Shown in pieces: positions 25,565 through 37,609 of a stretch of DNA of 46,237 nt; positions within the stretch are counted from its first letter, which is position 1; each line of letters starts with the position of its first letter. This DNA comes from Catajapyx aquilonaris. Lineage: Eukaryota. The notes under the pieces are model-generated. The model was not told the origin of the DNA, made no database searches, and worked only from the letters and a program-made list of their open reading frames with translations. The stretch spans positions 1-46,237 of the forward strand of contig KZ539094.1 in the NCBI GenBank assembly GCA_000934665.2. The letters are read 5' to 3'. Both the position numbers and the translations under genes were made by a program.

Positions 25565-26453
25565 TGAGGGCAAGTCAATAAAGAATGAGAAAGAATTTAT
25601 TTTTCGCGGAATACATAAGGAGGGTCCAGGTTAATATTGTGTTTTTCGAGATAGTCCCCATTGAGTTGTGTGCACTTGGCCCAACATTTCTGGCAGTCGT
25701 GGGAGACATGCTAGAACCCGTTTTTTTCGTTGTCTTCGGCACCGCCTCTGCCTTCATAATGGCTGTTGATGGGACCACAGTACCAATTTCAGACAAGAGA
25801 ACATGGAACAGTGCAGGGAGCTAGGTCCAGGCTGTATGGCACACATTCGATGTTTTGATAGGTCAAATATTGGGCAACAACGTTGGCAACGTGTGGCCAT
25901 GAATTATCCTTGTGCAGGCAGGATGCAGCTAAGGGTGCGTTCGTCGGATGTGTTCGGCCAGGACCTTCAAAACTGTCACGTAATACTTATGAGTGACTGT
26001 CGTATGCAGGGGCACTTCATACTGGTAAACCATTTCCCGGGATTTGAAGAAGGTAATGGTCGTTGCCTTTCCTGCCAACCGAACAACCTCGGCCTTCTTC
26101 ATCGTCAGAGAACTGGGTGATTTTCAGACTGAGCTCGCCTGTTTGCATTTGGGATTGTAGTGGTGAAGCCAACTCTAAACACCTGTAATAATGGTATTCA
26201 GGCAGGCCTTGCCATACTCCACTACCAGACACTGAAGCATACTGCTCATCCCGAACTTACTCCATTTTAGGTAGGCAAATTCTCACCATGCATGCATCTT
26301 TGGCTCAATGCTATCCAACGCATATACAAGCTCACAATTTTTTAGCCAGTCCCACAAGACCTGATATTCCCCCCAAAAAACTGTTTCGCTGCCGTATGTC
26401 CACAATGTGATACGTAAAAAAAACCATTCTCATTCTTTATTGACTTGCCCTCG
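25565..26453 (-). mobile_element. Internally deleted, decayed mariner
   Basis: TIRs GAGGGCAAGTCAATAAAGAATGAGAA / TTCTCATTCTTTATTGACTTGCCCTCG|TA. The minus strand reads KKAEVVRLAGKATTITFF..EMVYQYEVP and YYVTVLKVLAEHIRR. Confidence 0.85.
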
Positions 26454-26814
26454 TAGAATATTATTTCAGAGATCCTGTTCAGTACAAATGTCAATTATTT
26501 TATGTAATGAAGAAAACTGGGACATCAATTTAAAGTGCTACAAAAAATCCTACTCACAGATGCAAGGTCCAAAAAATCCTTATAGGCATATAATTTTTGT
26601 TCATATGATTCTTGCCCATCAACATCCTGTCAAATATGGTCAGTCATTTTGAATTTTTCTGCAGTTCCCCAACTTTTTGGCACCATTCATTGTAAATTCT
26701 GCCATTTTCCTCTTGACAAATGCTCAAATAATATCGTATGGACCAAATTGTTGCAGAATCTGTACAAATTTTACTCCGCATCCATATGGTCAAAGCCAAA
26801 TATTGATTTTATAT

Positions 26815-27754
26815 GGCGTGTTCAAATGAAACATACAGTGAGGCAATATCTCAGGAGCTATTGTTCTCAGCTGAGTGCTAGTGGTATATCTGAGTAGGCA
26901 CTTGCATGGCTAATTTTCATGCAGCGAAATTGGTAGTCAGTATGCATGTAGTAGGCAGGAGAGCATTTTATGCAAGTCTCCCAGGGTTATGCATTTGTCC
27001 AAACAGGTACTATCAGTCCAACAAGAATTGTCGCAGCGGCAGCGCACGAACTACAATCTACGAGCACAGGTACACGGGAGACTGTAGTTCGTGCGCTGCC
27101 GCTTGCGACAATTCTTGTTGGACACCAGGTACAACTCGTCGTCATCCTTTTTCCTCATCACGGAAGGAACTGCACCAGTGGACATTGTCCATTTGATGCC
27201 AAGGGTGTGTGGGAAAGCCTGCTGCAACCACAACACCTTGGTGCAGAAAACCACTAAGGCCCGATTCACACGAGCCTCAAAAGAGTCCTGGGAGCATGCG
27301 CAGTAGGTGATTTGGGCCTGGCCGAAAGGGGCGGAGTTTGTTCTTTCAACCAAATAGCCCATGCTCTATTTTCCTTTCGCTTTTCCGACCGCCTTCCCCC
27401 ACCCAGCAAGCAAAGGGAGGTTTTTGACAGGGAGGTGGGAGGGCGGGAGGGGTCGGCGTGAAAGTTGTCACTCTTTCAGCTCTGTTGAATGACGTCACTG
27501 GCAGCAAAGGCGAACAACCAAAGCGACCGTGTGAATCGGGCCTAAGGAAATGTTCTCTCGAACGGTACACACGTCTGGACAGAAATTCCCTACACCTTTT
27601 GAAGAGAGTCTTGGGGTTGAAACAGACATTCCCATGCACCTTCTGCATCCAATGGACAATGTCCACTGGTGCCTACTCAAGGGATATCACTAGCATTCAG
27701 CTGAGACAAAGAGCTCCTGAGATATTGCCTCACTTTGTTTTATATGAACACACC
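26815..27754. repeat. Nested fold-back cluster
   Basis: Outer inverted repeat 26815-26900 / 27669-27754, hairpin 27016-27123, inner inverted repeat 27173-27250 / about 27600-27672, and MITE 27258-27542. Confidence 0.8.
27258..27542. mobile_element. PIF/Harbinger-like MITE
   Basis: TAA|GGCCCGATTCACACG ... CGTGTGAATCGGGCC|TAA. Confidence 0.82.
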
Positions 27755-27944
27755 AAGTATAATTGAGCTGGAAGTTTCATGTGTACATGAGCAGAATATC
27801 CTATTTCTGTTTCTGATTTAAAATGGGACATGCTGGTGTTTTTGTAAGAACTACTTTACCGTTAAGCTACAGGAGTGATTCTTGTTTTTACTGAGGAAAG
27901 ATGGTGCTATTGGCACATGCTAACTAACCAGCCTTTCTATAATA

Positions 27945-28122
27945 CAGGGTGACTCTAAAGTCAGGATACATAGGTAATTGGATTGAATTGTTGGTTTCCA
28001 GTTGGGCCAACTTGCAGATTATTGACAGGCAGTAAAGTTTGAGTTGGCACTTGGAATGGACTGAACTGGCAACCAACAATACAATCTAATTACCTATGTA
28101 TCCAGACTTTAGAGTCACTCTG
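27945..28122. mobile_element. Tc1/mariner-type hairpin MITE
   Basis: TA|CAGGGTGACTCTAAAGTCAGGATACATAGGTAATT ... AATTACCTATGTATCCAGACTTTAGAGTCACTCTG|TA. Confidence 0.85.
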
Positions 28123-28332
28123 TAGATTGATACCTAGAACCCATGAATTCTTCATTGGCCCTGTGAGACATGTTGCATCCAGCCAAATGAATATGAGGCT
28201 CTTTGGAGTGATGCATAACATAATAGAAAAAGGATTTATTAAATCTGAGAATTTTTACCTGTGGGGGGCTTGTAACCTCCAATCTTGAAGAGACACCCCA
28301 GCAATGGGTATAAACATGGCAATTGTTTTCAG

Positions 28333-28507
28333 CACCAGCCAGTGGTAAGGATGACCATAACACCGATGTAGACCTTCGTCCCATCCTGGCTATATCTTCA
28401 GCAACACCGTCGCCAAGGAAGCGAAAGCCTGATTCTCAAACAGGGGAGGAGAGCAAGGAAGGAGAGGTACCTGTTCTGAAGAAATCCAAGGCCGAGCTGT
28501 TCAGCGA
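28333..28507 (+). CDS. Pcf11: Pcf11 coding exon F
   Basis: ttgttttcag|CA (phase 1) and GA|gtaaga (phase 2). Encodes DVDLRP and the basic segment PRKRKP...KKSK. Confidence 0.88.
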
Positions 28508-31091
28508 GTAAGAGACATTCGTTTATTTATACTTTAGCATAATATCATCCTGTGGCAGTTCTTATTACATTCTTCAATAACGTTTCTGGTTAATTTCTTT
28601 CACCTATTACAATGAGTTTAAAAAGGTCTGGACAAAAATTCATGAGCAAATGTTAACACTTGCAAGCAATCTTTGCCATTGTAATGGTGTTTTGGTATGG
28701 ATCTGCAGGGATTAAGCTTTCAAAAAAAATTGTCGTTTTTCAGCTAATTTGCACCTAAAAGTTTTCACCAAATCAGAAAAGTTGTGACCAAAACCTAAAT
28801 GGATCTCGAGCGTATGGAAACCTGAAACGAAGTTAAAAGCCAGTGCACAAAAATTAATTTGGCCAGATCATACCCCGAGGCACTACTGTCTTGGTAGGCT
28901 CCAAATTAGTACGGAAGTATCCATTGGGTACAGAGATGGGTGTAATTCATTTTTCATTTTGAAACAAATTGATTCCATTCAGTACCACTGAGAACTTGGC
29001 AAGTTATTTTGCTATTTTGCTATTTGAAGCTGTTATTTTTGTGTAGCTTGTTGGGCCCCAATCGAGGTGCCCTATTCTATAGCAACTGCTACATTCAACC
29101 ACCTGATAGTACTGAGGCACCTGGATCGGGGTGCAACAAGGTACCAAAAAATTAAGTTGTCAATGAAAAGACAATCCCTTAAAAGGCCTAAGAGGTATCC
29201 ATTATCATTCTGAACCAATATGAACCATTATGAACCAATGCAATGATTCAAGAATTCTTATCAGTAGACTAGATCATCAATGACATATCATTAGAGTTTA
29301 GGAAGATTAGAGGTCCCAGAGTTAAGAAAAAAAGCCTAATGAGACTTGTTGAACACTTGTATCCCAAGGGAACGAGTGGTTGAAAAATAAGAAAAATCAT
29401 GCACTCTTGAAGGCCCAAGTGTATTCTTGATATTGATAGTGATTCCAATCTAATATTTGCCATAGCGTTGTGACTACTTTGGCACGGGGGGAAGGGAAAG
29501 GAGGTGAAGTCCTAAATTTTCCAACCACCCTGACTTGCCATCATTTGAAATTCTCTCCTACCTGAGGATGAGCTCAGTAGGCCTACTTAGGCAGCTTCCA
29601 TTAACTTGCAAATTGAAATTTTCCATATGGATTGGTACTCACATGCTCAAAATAACGTTTCTACATAAGTGATCTTCATCTAGGCTTGAACGCCCATGTG
29701 CCCAGAGGCTTTTTTCAAAGCATCTCCATATGGTCAGTCTTGTTGCTGTGTACCAGCCATGAGCATTCTTCTAAATACAAGTTTAGGAAATTTCTTCACT
29801 GCATTCATTTGTGGATCTTTCTCTCCCAACCTGTCCTTCTGTTCCTGTCGATATTGTACAATACTGGGAGTCCAGGCAACAGTTATCCTCGACCACTGCA
29901 GAAAACTGAAAATATCTACTCAGGCTTGTAAAGTCAACGGCCTGTAATAATGACCTTTAATCTCACGTGAGCTCTAGGTAGTGAAACTCCAATATAAGAA
30001 GAGCTTGGATGAGAATAAGTAAAAACCATTGTTGGCCAAGGGGATATGGATTTCAATGCAACAGAGATTATGAAATTAGGGTATTTTGTTGTACAATGAC
30101 ACTTCAGTGTTCTGACATGAGCAATCCAGTACAGAAATGGTTGGTTTGAACAACAAAGTGAGGAAAATCCCACTCATAAGGCATGTATAATCTTCACTTT
30201 CTGTGATGGGTATTAGGGACATTAACATTATAACCTGAGGCAAACTGGGTTGGACAATATAGTCCAGTCTATGTGGTCAAGGATATAGCACAAGTAGTGC
30301 CTATAAAGGCATGACTACTTTTTTCCCTTGATCTACCCCCTCCATTGCTCTCGCAAAGAGGAAAGGCTTCAATCTAACTGATCTTATTTCCTGTTGTAAG
30401 ATACTCATACAGAATGAACCCAAATGGTTAGGACGTTAGGGGCCTCTGACTCATACTTGCCTGTCTGACTAGCTGACTGAGCAAGTAGAGGTGCAAGCCA
30501 GAAACTGCATCTGAATATGGCAAGCTATGATTTTTGTACCTTGTCAATGTAAATTGGGCTGAAGAGGACCCAAAAGGTACTTAATCTTCTATATAATAGG
30601 GGGAGTTATCAGTATAGCTGGCAATACATCATTGGTAAAGAGAACCAGAAGCTTCGGGTGAATCTCCTAGTATTTGCCCGTAGTCATTTTAATATTGATT
30701 GTGAGGGGGTATTGTGCCTACTTTAAGGCTACTGGAAAAATGTGATATTTTACACCAGGTGTGCCTATTACAGGGGTCGAAATATTCAGATGCAGAGGTT
30801 CAAATTGCAACTTCGAATACGAATCTGCACGCCAAGCTGCGCCTTCGATTGCAAAAGTTGTACTTCAATTGGAAGTGCTTTTTAAAATGGCTAAACCCAG
30901 TAATTAAAAATTAAGCACTTCAAGTAAGTCAAGCTTCAAGCACTCCAGATGAAAGTCTAGAGTGAAAACTTGGCACTGGGACAAAATTTTTTAGAGTTGA
31001 CCCCTGATATTGGTGGTGAAAATAATTACAATCATGACAAGTTTTCTTGTGCTGTGTCTCTTTGCATATGGAGGCCTCAGGAGTGTAACAT

Positions 31092-32200
31092 GTTAACCAG
31101 CTGGGCTGTGAAAAAAGTATCCTACCTGAATTTTTTCCTCTGGCACAAATGATGCACAGGAGGTGTCCTCTGGTGGGGAGTACCTTCATGAGTATTGGTG
31201 AATTTTTTCCCACCTGCAGGGAGCATCATTTGCTAGCAGTCAGCCTTTGAGTGACTGAGGGTGCTCAGCGACCATCAGATTTTCATTTTCCATGAAATGA
31301 TGAAACGACTTGAACAGCGGTATATTGCATCAAATTTTGAATCAAGCTTGGCTATACCCAAGTAGAAACCATTCCAAAGATTCATAAGGCTTCACACAAA
31401 TTAAGCAGTGGCAAAACCTTTTCAAGGTGGCCGTACATCTGTGGAAAGCGACATACTTTTCGTTAGGTCCTCAACAAGCAGAAATGACTAGGTCGTTGAC
31501 CAAATGCAGACCTTTGGTCATGCAGGACCTTCATGTCACCATCAAGAACTTGCGTACGAGGTGGGGATAGGCACTGGTTCGGTACATTTAATTTTGAGGA
31601 AGGAATTTACCGTGCTGAAAGTGTCCATGAAATTGAATGGATCTGGAGTAAAATGTGTTGACTGCCAGTGGGCTGTGCAAAAAGTATCCCACCTGAATTT
31701 TTTTTGGTAGAAACATATGGAGCACTGTGGGTGTCCTCCAGTGGGGAGGTGGGGAGTACCTTTATGAGTTTCCGTGGGAAAAAATCAGGTCGGATACTTT
31801 TTGCACAGGCCACTGTCAGTTAGCACGTTTTACCAGAGTCCTTCAATTCATTCCAAAGCTGCTAATGACAGAGGAGAAGCAACTCTGTCTGGAAGTCTTG
31901 CAGGACATGCTGGATTCCTCAAACAGTGACCCCAACGTTCTGAACACTGATGACTGGTGATGAGACATGGGCCGTACTTACTGCTGTCTAAGTCCTTCTG
32001 TCATTTCGTGGTAAATGAAAATCCGAGAGGTGCCTAGTACCCTCTGTCACTCAGAGGCTGACTGTCAGTGGCTGATACTCTCTGCAGGCAGGAGAAACTT
32101 CACGAATAATCATGAAGGTACTCCCCACCTCCCTTGCTTCATTGCCTTCTGCAGAAAAATTCAGGTTGGATACTTATTGCACAGCCCACTGGTGGTTAAC
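31092..32200 (+). mobile_element. Mariner-derived element with inverted ends of about 200 bp and a nested same-family MITE (about 31657-31825)
   Basis: GGGCTGTG(A/C)AAAAAGTATCC termini occur four times. Remnant peptides EQR..CIKF..KLG and FIPKLLMTEEKQLCLEVLQDMLDSSNSDP..TGDETW. Confidence 0.82.
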
Positions 32201-32319
32201 TGGTAACACTTCCAAGCCCTGCATATATTTCACACATGTGTTACACACAGAAATATGCAGAGAAGGAAATGCAATTGCATGAAATTTACCCTCCTTCAGA
32301 GATGTGTGCAATCTTTTAG

Positions 32320-32651
32320 GGAGGAGTGGTGCTGCGGTAATGTATGTGCCCACGGATGTTAAGGTCCCGGGTTCGTACCCAACCCGGGGTTCCCCCCTTC
32401 ATCTCGTGCAGAGTTGGGCCATCTCCAGCTTCGTCTCAGGTGGAAATTTCTGCTAGACTAATCCATTCACAAAATGACCAATAAACGACATTGCACTTGC
32501 ACTTTGCACATCCCCTCCTACTTACCCTTGGAACAACTAAATATAATTACTATATATGGTTCCAAAACAAATGGAGGTATTCCACTCCCCTAAGAGGGCC
32601 TACAGCCCTAGCACCGGGGTACCAAAAAAAATTTAAAATTTAAAAAAATAT
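32320..32651 (+). mobile_element. tRNA-derived SINE, head type 1
   Basis: A box TGGTGCTGCGG, B box GGTTCGTACC, A-rich tail. 18-bp TSD ATGTGTGCAATCTTTTAG at 32302-32319 and 32652-32669. Confidence 0.9.
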
Positions 32652-32989
32652 ATGTGTGCAATCTTTTAGTTGGTGTCTTGCAACCTATGTGTGGTACAGG
32701 AGGGCAGAGAAGAGAGGAGAAGGTAGTATAAACCTGTTTCAGATTAAATGCCCTAATTAGGCCCCCTCGTGTTCATCTTGTTGAGGTTATACTGAACTAG
32801 ATATGGGTTGCTGGGTTGTACAATCAACTACTTCCCTTGTAGTGGGGACCTGAGCATGCACCATCCTGTATATTTAGTTATTTAGTACTGTTTCAACATT
32901 GTGGATTTTGCATATCCTTGATGTCTACCTTTTTGATAGTGAGATTTTACTACAGCCGTTGTTTTTTTTTTGTTTTTTTTTGCCAACAG

Positions 32990-33533
32990 CTTGTTTGGCA
33001 GTGAGGATGTGGACCTCCGGCAGCCCAACAAGTCTCTGCCTGGAAGCCTGTCTGGAACTGAATCCCCCCAGCTCATAGAGGGTGGGTCTTCAATCGCAGG
33101 CTCCTTGTCTCCTCAACGCACCCCCAGTTCACCTGCATCGTCTAGCCATGGGTGGGCCAAATTCAAGGAACCCAAGATGCAGTTCAAGCCTGGTGGTGGC
33201 TCAGGGGCAGATGATGCCCACGAGGATGATAGGGAGAAGGCTGCATCCCCACGTATCAGACTTAATACCAAGAGCCCTAGGAGCCTTGACCGACTTGGGC
33301 GACCACTTCTCTACAGCCGATTACCCGATGACCCAGTTGAAAGGCGAAGGTCTCTCTCTAGTCGCCCTTCAAGTGACGGTGGGTCAGGCGAGGATGTGGA
33401 CTTGCGCCCTCTTAGGGTATTCGAGTTGGAGGATGCCAATCCAAAGAACATTCAGGTGATCTTGAGCCAGGCTGAGAATGAAGTCAAGAATGGCAGCATG
33501 TCTATCAGTCAATACAACACTCTTCTCAAACAG
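32990..33533 (+). CDS. Pcf11: Pcf11 coding exon G
   Basis: Long T tract then caacag|C (phase 2), donor CAG|gtgagg (phase 0). Encodes LFGSEDVDLRQ...GWAKFK...IQVILSQAENEVKNGSMSISQYNTLLKQ. Confidence 0.9.
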
Positions 33534-34100
33534 GTGAGGTTCGGTGAAAGGAGTGGTCTTGTGCTCTACAAAAGTTTGGTTAATTTCCTAAATGCTACCA
33601 TAAGGAAATTACACTTGCTTGAAAAGGTCAGATTAATTTTTCACTGGCTGAAGTGGAAATGAAAAAACCATCAAAACTACTATTCTGGGATTGGAAGTTC
33701 ATAATTGGGGTTAACTTGCATCTTCGCCTTCATTGCTGACTAACCCTTCTAGGGAAAATGTGATGATTGTTGGTTTTGTTTTTTGTTTGTTTTTGAAGCG
33801 GATGGGCAACTGGCCATAATCTTGTTCTTGTGATGCTTTAAGGTGGATATGAAGTGAGTCATGAGTTGAAAAATTATGGCATTTTGCTTTAGAAAAAGGC
33901 TGCTTCAAATAGCAAAGGTGGGCAAAATGTGAGGTGTATCTGATAATACCAGCTTGAAGGTTCACATGCTATTTTAAATTAAATTATCTGTAACAGAATT
34001 CAGTGGTTTTTGGGAGGCTGCCAACAAAAAATATATATACCTTTTTTGATAAAGGCCTTGTTTTTATTAACTAAATTTGGTTTCATTAATAATCAAAGTA

Positions 34101-34836
34101 CAGTTGAATCCAGGTGTAACAACATCGGTTCTAGCAGACTCAAAAGGCTGGTCCCTGTAAACTTAAGGCATTGTGTATTTTTACTCCTCATATAACACAC
34201 TCATTTTCACCTCACTTTGGGTATAACACTATCTTTTTGGCCCCTTGAAGGGAGAATATGCTTTCTCTGGTATAAAATTTACAAAAAGGAGGTGGCAGAA
34301 GAAGATTTTCGGATTTTTTTGGTCCTGCATTATTTTTTGGTGAGGTAATATTGCAATTTTGATGGATTTAATTAATCAGTATGTAGTAGTGTGTATTAAA
34401 GACATGTGGAAAGTACCGAAGCAGGTTGGCATAGTGGATAAGGCGTCCGACTGCTAATCGGGAGGTCCTGGGTTCGAATCCCGGGGCCGGCAACTCTGAC
34501 CGTGGTTTTCTGTGGTTTCCCACGGTCCTTCCAGGAAAATTGCGGAGTTGCTTCCGTAATTAATAGGCCACAGCCGCTTCCTTCCGTCCCTATCATATCC
34601 CAAAAAGCGCAGTAAAATGAAAGCAAAGAGTTCCAGGCAAAACAAAAACTTCCCCCCTAAAGAGCCGCTAGGCTGATAACGGGGTATGAATTATTATTAT
34701 ATATTTAAGAAGACATGTGGAAAGTGGAAAACTTTTTGTATTAGTTGCAAAACTGACAATTTGGCTATAACAGACCTCGGTTATAACATACTTTTTCCCT
34801 TGGTCCCTTAAAGTCTGTTATATCCTGATTCAGCTG
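34101..34836. mobile_element. pogo/Tigger-like MITE hosting a SINE
   Basis: TA|CAGTTGAATCCAGGTGTAAC ... GTTATATCCTGATTCAGCTG|TA. Confidence 0.7.
34415..34709 (+). mobile_element. tRNA-derived SINE, head type 3, with a locust Lm1-like central region
   Basis: A box TGGCATAGTGG, B box GGTTCGAATCC, body GTGGTTTTCTGTGGTTTCCC...CCAGGAAAATTGCGG...GGCCACAGCCGCTTCCTTCC. 16-bp TSD AAGACATGTGGAAAGT at 34399-34414 and 34710-34725. The Lm1 similarity is from memory. Confidence 0.9.
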
Positions 34837-34843
34837 TACTATT

Positions 34844-35098
34844 CAGTGGGCGGCATGGTGGTCTAGCGGTTATGAATCCCGTCCCCGTCACCTCTGCTTG
34901 GCCGGGTCTTTTTCCGCTTTTCACCCGACATGCCGGGGCAGAATTGCACTCCCTACTCTGCCTGGGGCCAGCAGAAAAGGTCTGGTGTATTTCACAAAGT
35001 CAGAAATGACTAAAAATTACAGCGCCCTCCCTTGGGAACCTCCCCTTCTAAGAGAGCCATGAGCTCTATCACGGGTAACAAACAAACAAACAAACAAA
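34844..35098 (+). mobile_element. SINE, head type 4 (B box region apparently deleted)
   Basis: A box TGGTCTAGCGG, tail CTAAGAGAGCC..CTATCACGGGTAA plus (CAAA)5. TSD CTGTACTATT at 34834-34843 and 35099-35108. Confidence 0.75.
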
Positions 35099-36288
35099 CT
35101 GTACTATTGAGACTTGAGGTAAAAATAAAATCACTAGTAATAAGTCAGTATTTACGAGGTTAGCAGCATGGCATACTGATTGCTTGACAGGAAAACACTG
35201 GTACTGCAGGTTAGTAATTTTGTAGAGGACTATTCCGGTGTGCTTGCCTTTAGCATAGCTGACCTCCACTGCTTGTTCGTATGGAGGTGCCCCTATTTTC
35301 CACATACAGGTCAAATGTGTTCACAGTTCTGTTGCCATCAGTTATGGGCGACCTTGCATTTCAGAGCTGCTACTATTATGGCAGGAAGAATATTTACATT
35401 AGCATTGGTAACAGACACTCGAAATATTTCCAAATTCATTTCCTAACTTTCTAACTCCAGGACCATTCCGATACAGAGGCATTTATTTTTATGGGTTTGT
35501 TTGTTTTCACTCTATCAATTTGAAACCCCTGGAGAGGTGCACATTTCTCATGGGGTTTACATTCAGCTGGCCCACTGTATGGCTCAGCTGAATGCCCCAT
35601 GCCAGCAGATTTTATTCTCAATTGTCGGGGAGAAAGTGATCAGCTAGTATGTGGGATGTTGGTCTTGTAGGCAGGGTGGGAATCCTGGCAAGGAAGCTGT
35701 ACCCATGCCTTTCCTCTCCCACCAGCAAGAATAGAATTGTCAGTTCAGCTGCTCGCTGGGCCAGCTATATCGGACATTATTTTTCACATTTTATGTGTTA
35801 TTTTTCAATTGTTAATTTGTTGAAATTGTTTTACAGTAGTGTCAAAATTTGCCACAAGCCCAGTGGTTATGTTACAACTTCTGAGCCACCTGTATGCTCT
35901 AAGAATGCTTATTGTTTGCCTGTTAAGGATAGTTAACTTCCACATCATTGGAAAGAGGCCCTTTCACACAGCACATTGATACCGTCACAAAATTTTTAGA
36001 TTGTGAAATTTTGCTTCACATGTAAGGATGGGTGTAACATAATTATGCAGATATGACAATGAAAGAAATTATCGTGGCTGGCCTAGATATTTATGATGTA
36101 GAGATTTGCAATTTCTGTGTGGCTTTTTTATTGTATTGATTTTTTTAAATCAATTTTCCAAGTACTAACAGTTGTCATAAATAAATCTGTCATTATGAAA
36201 TTAGCCACTTAAAACGACTGTTATTGATAGCCTTGACCTGAATGTGCAGTGTTAGGTGTAGAGAGGGAATACTGAGAAGTTCAGTGTA

Positions 36289-36667
36289 CAGGGTGTTCCA
36301 AATTCGTGGGTCATTGTCTTGTAACTGATATCACCTGATAGCAGTTATTTTTTGTAGCTTGTTGTGCCCCTAACCAGGTGCCCCATTCTATAGCAGCTGA
36401 TATATTCACAGTTTTAGAAGAATTGGTCGAGGCACTCGCAGCCATCTCCCGTGCTGTTAACCCTTCCTGCATTGGCGCCCACAGGAGATAACACCACAGC
36501 CTTTTCTATTGGGCTAAGATAGAAGTGACAGGGGGCTTGCTATATTCGACTCTTTGAGGGTGTTGAATATAACAGTTGCTATTAAATGGGCCACCTGGTT
36601 AAGGGCAAAACAAGCTATAAAAATAACTGCTATCGGGCGATATCAGTTACAATTTAGGAACACCCTT
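36289..36667. mobile_element. Tc1/mariner-type MITE
   Basis: TA|CAGGGTGTTCC...GATATCACCTGATAGCAGTTATTTT / AAAATAACTGCTATCGGGCGATATC...GGAACACCCT. A related fragment sits at about 29030-29150. Confidence 0.72.
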
Positions 36668-36787
36668 TATATAGAAAACTGGGAGGCTAAGGTGGCTGTT
36701 GTGTTTTCTCCTTACTGTTATTCAACTGCACATATCAATATAAGGCGGCTGTGTATTATATTGGTCACCATTTTAACTCCTCTTTAG

Positions 36788-37356
36788 GTAATCCACATGA
36801 ACGAGGTTCAAAAGATTATTGAAGCTCAACGTCGGGATCGCCAAGAAAACAAAGAGAATTGGGAAGAGCCATGGGGGTCTAAACGGGATCTGAGCCAAGG
36901 CGATTCCTCTTCAGTGAGCAGCAGGGCCGAATCCAATACTCGAGCAGGGACCAACAAAGATGGATCAGGAAGTGAACCTTCAGGACAAGTTGTCCGCCAT
37001 TCCCATAGACCAGCAGCTTATGGCGATGTTGATGAGAGGCTTGCTCCTCATCCACCCTTTCCATGCCAGCCTGAATCTCAGCAAGGGCCATCCACTAGAG
37101 AGTCGGGCCCGTCTCAAGGCAGGCATCAGCAATGGGATGAGCGATCATGGTCCAGGGGGAACTTCCCTCAGAATTTTGTTGGAAGAGGTGCATCAGGTAG
37201 CAGTGCTGGATCAGGTGGAGGTCAGAGAGCAAGCAGGTGGGGGCCTCCACATCACAACAGGGATTCCTACATGGGGCGAGGTCAGGATTTTAGGTGGGGT
37301 GGAGAAGATGGAGGGCGGGAGAGGGAAGGAAGGTTTGGACCATCTGACCACTTCAG
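36788..37356 (+). CDS. Pcf11: Pcf11 coding exon H
   Basis: ctctttag|GTA (phase 0) and AG|gtgagt (phase 2). VIHMNEVQKIIEAQRRD continues the helix of exon G, followed by a G/R/W-rich low-complexity region. Confidence 0.9.
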
Positions 37357-37609
37357 GTGAGTTGTGCCTTCCATTTTCTGTTTCTTTGCAAGTTATCACC
37401 TTGAAAATGAAAAGGTGGGGGAAATGTGATGGATTATTCACACCAGTTATGCATGCACATTTGCATTGGTAGATCACATGGTACATGCAGAACTGGCATA
37501 AGTACAGTACTACTTCATGATTTACCCCACCTCACTTGTTGGAAGTATTAACTTGCTTCAGCTTTTCACTCTGTATATTGCAAAACACACACTCCCACAC
37601 ACACAGCCT

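Noticed and set aside
34415..34490. tRNA gene (also at about 975-1048, 13026-13100 and 32320-32390)
   Set aside because: A and B boxes are present, but there is no complete acceptor stem, and each is followed by a SINE body, tail and TSD.
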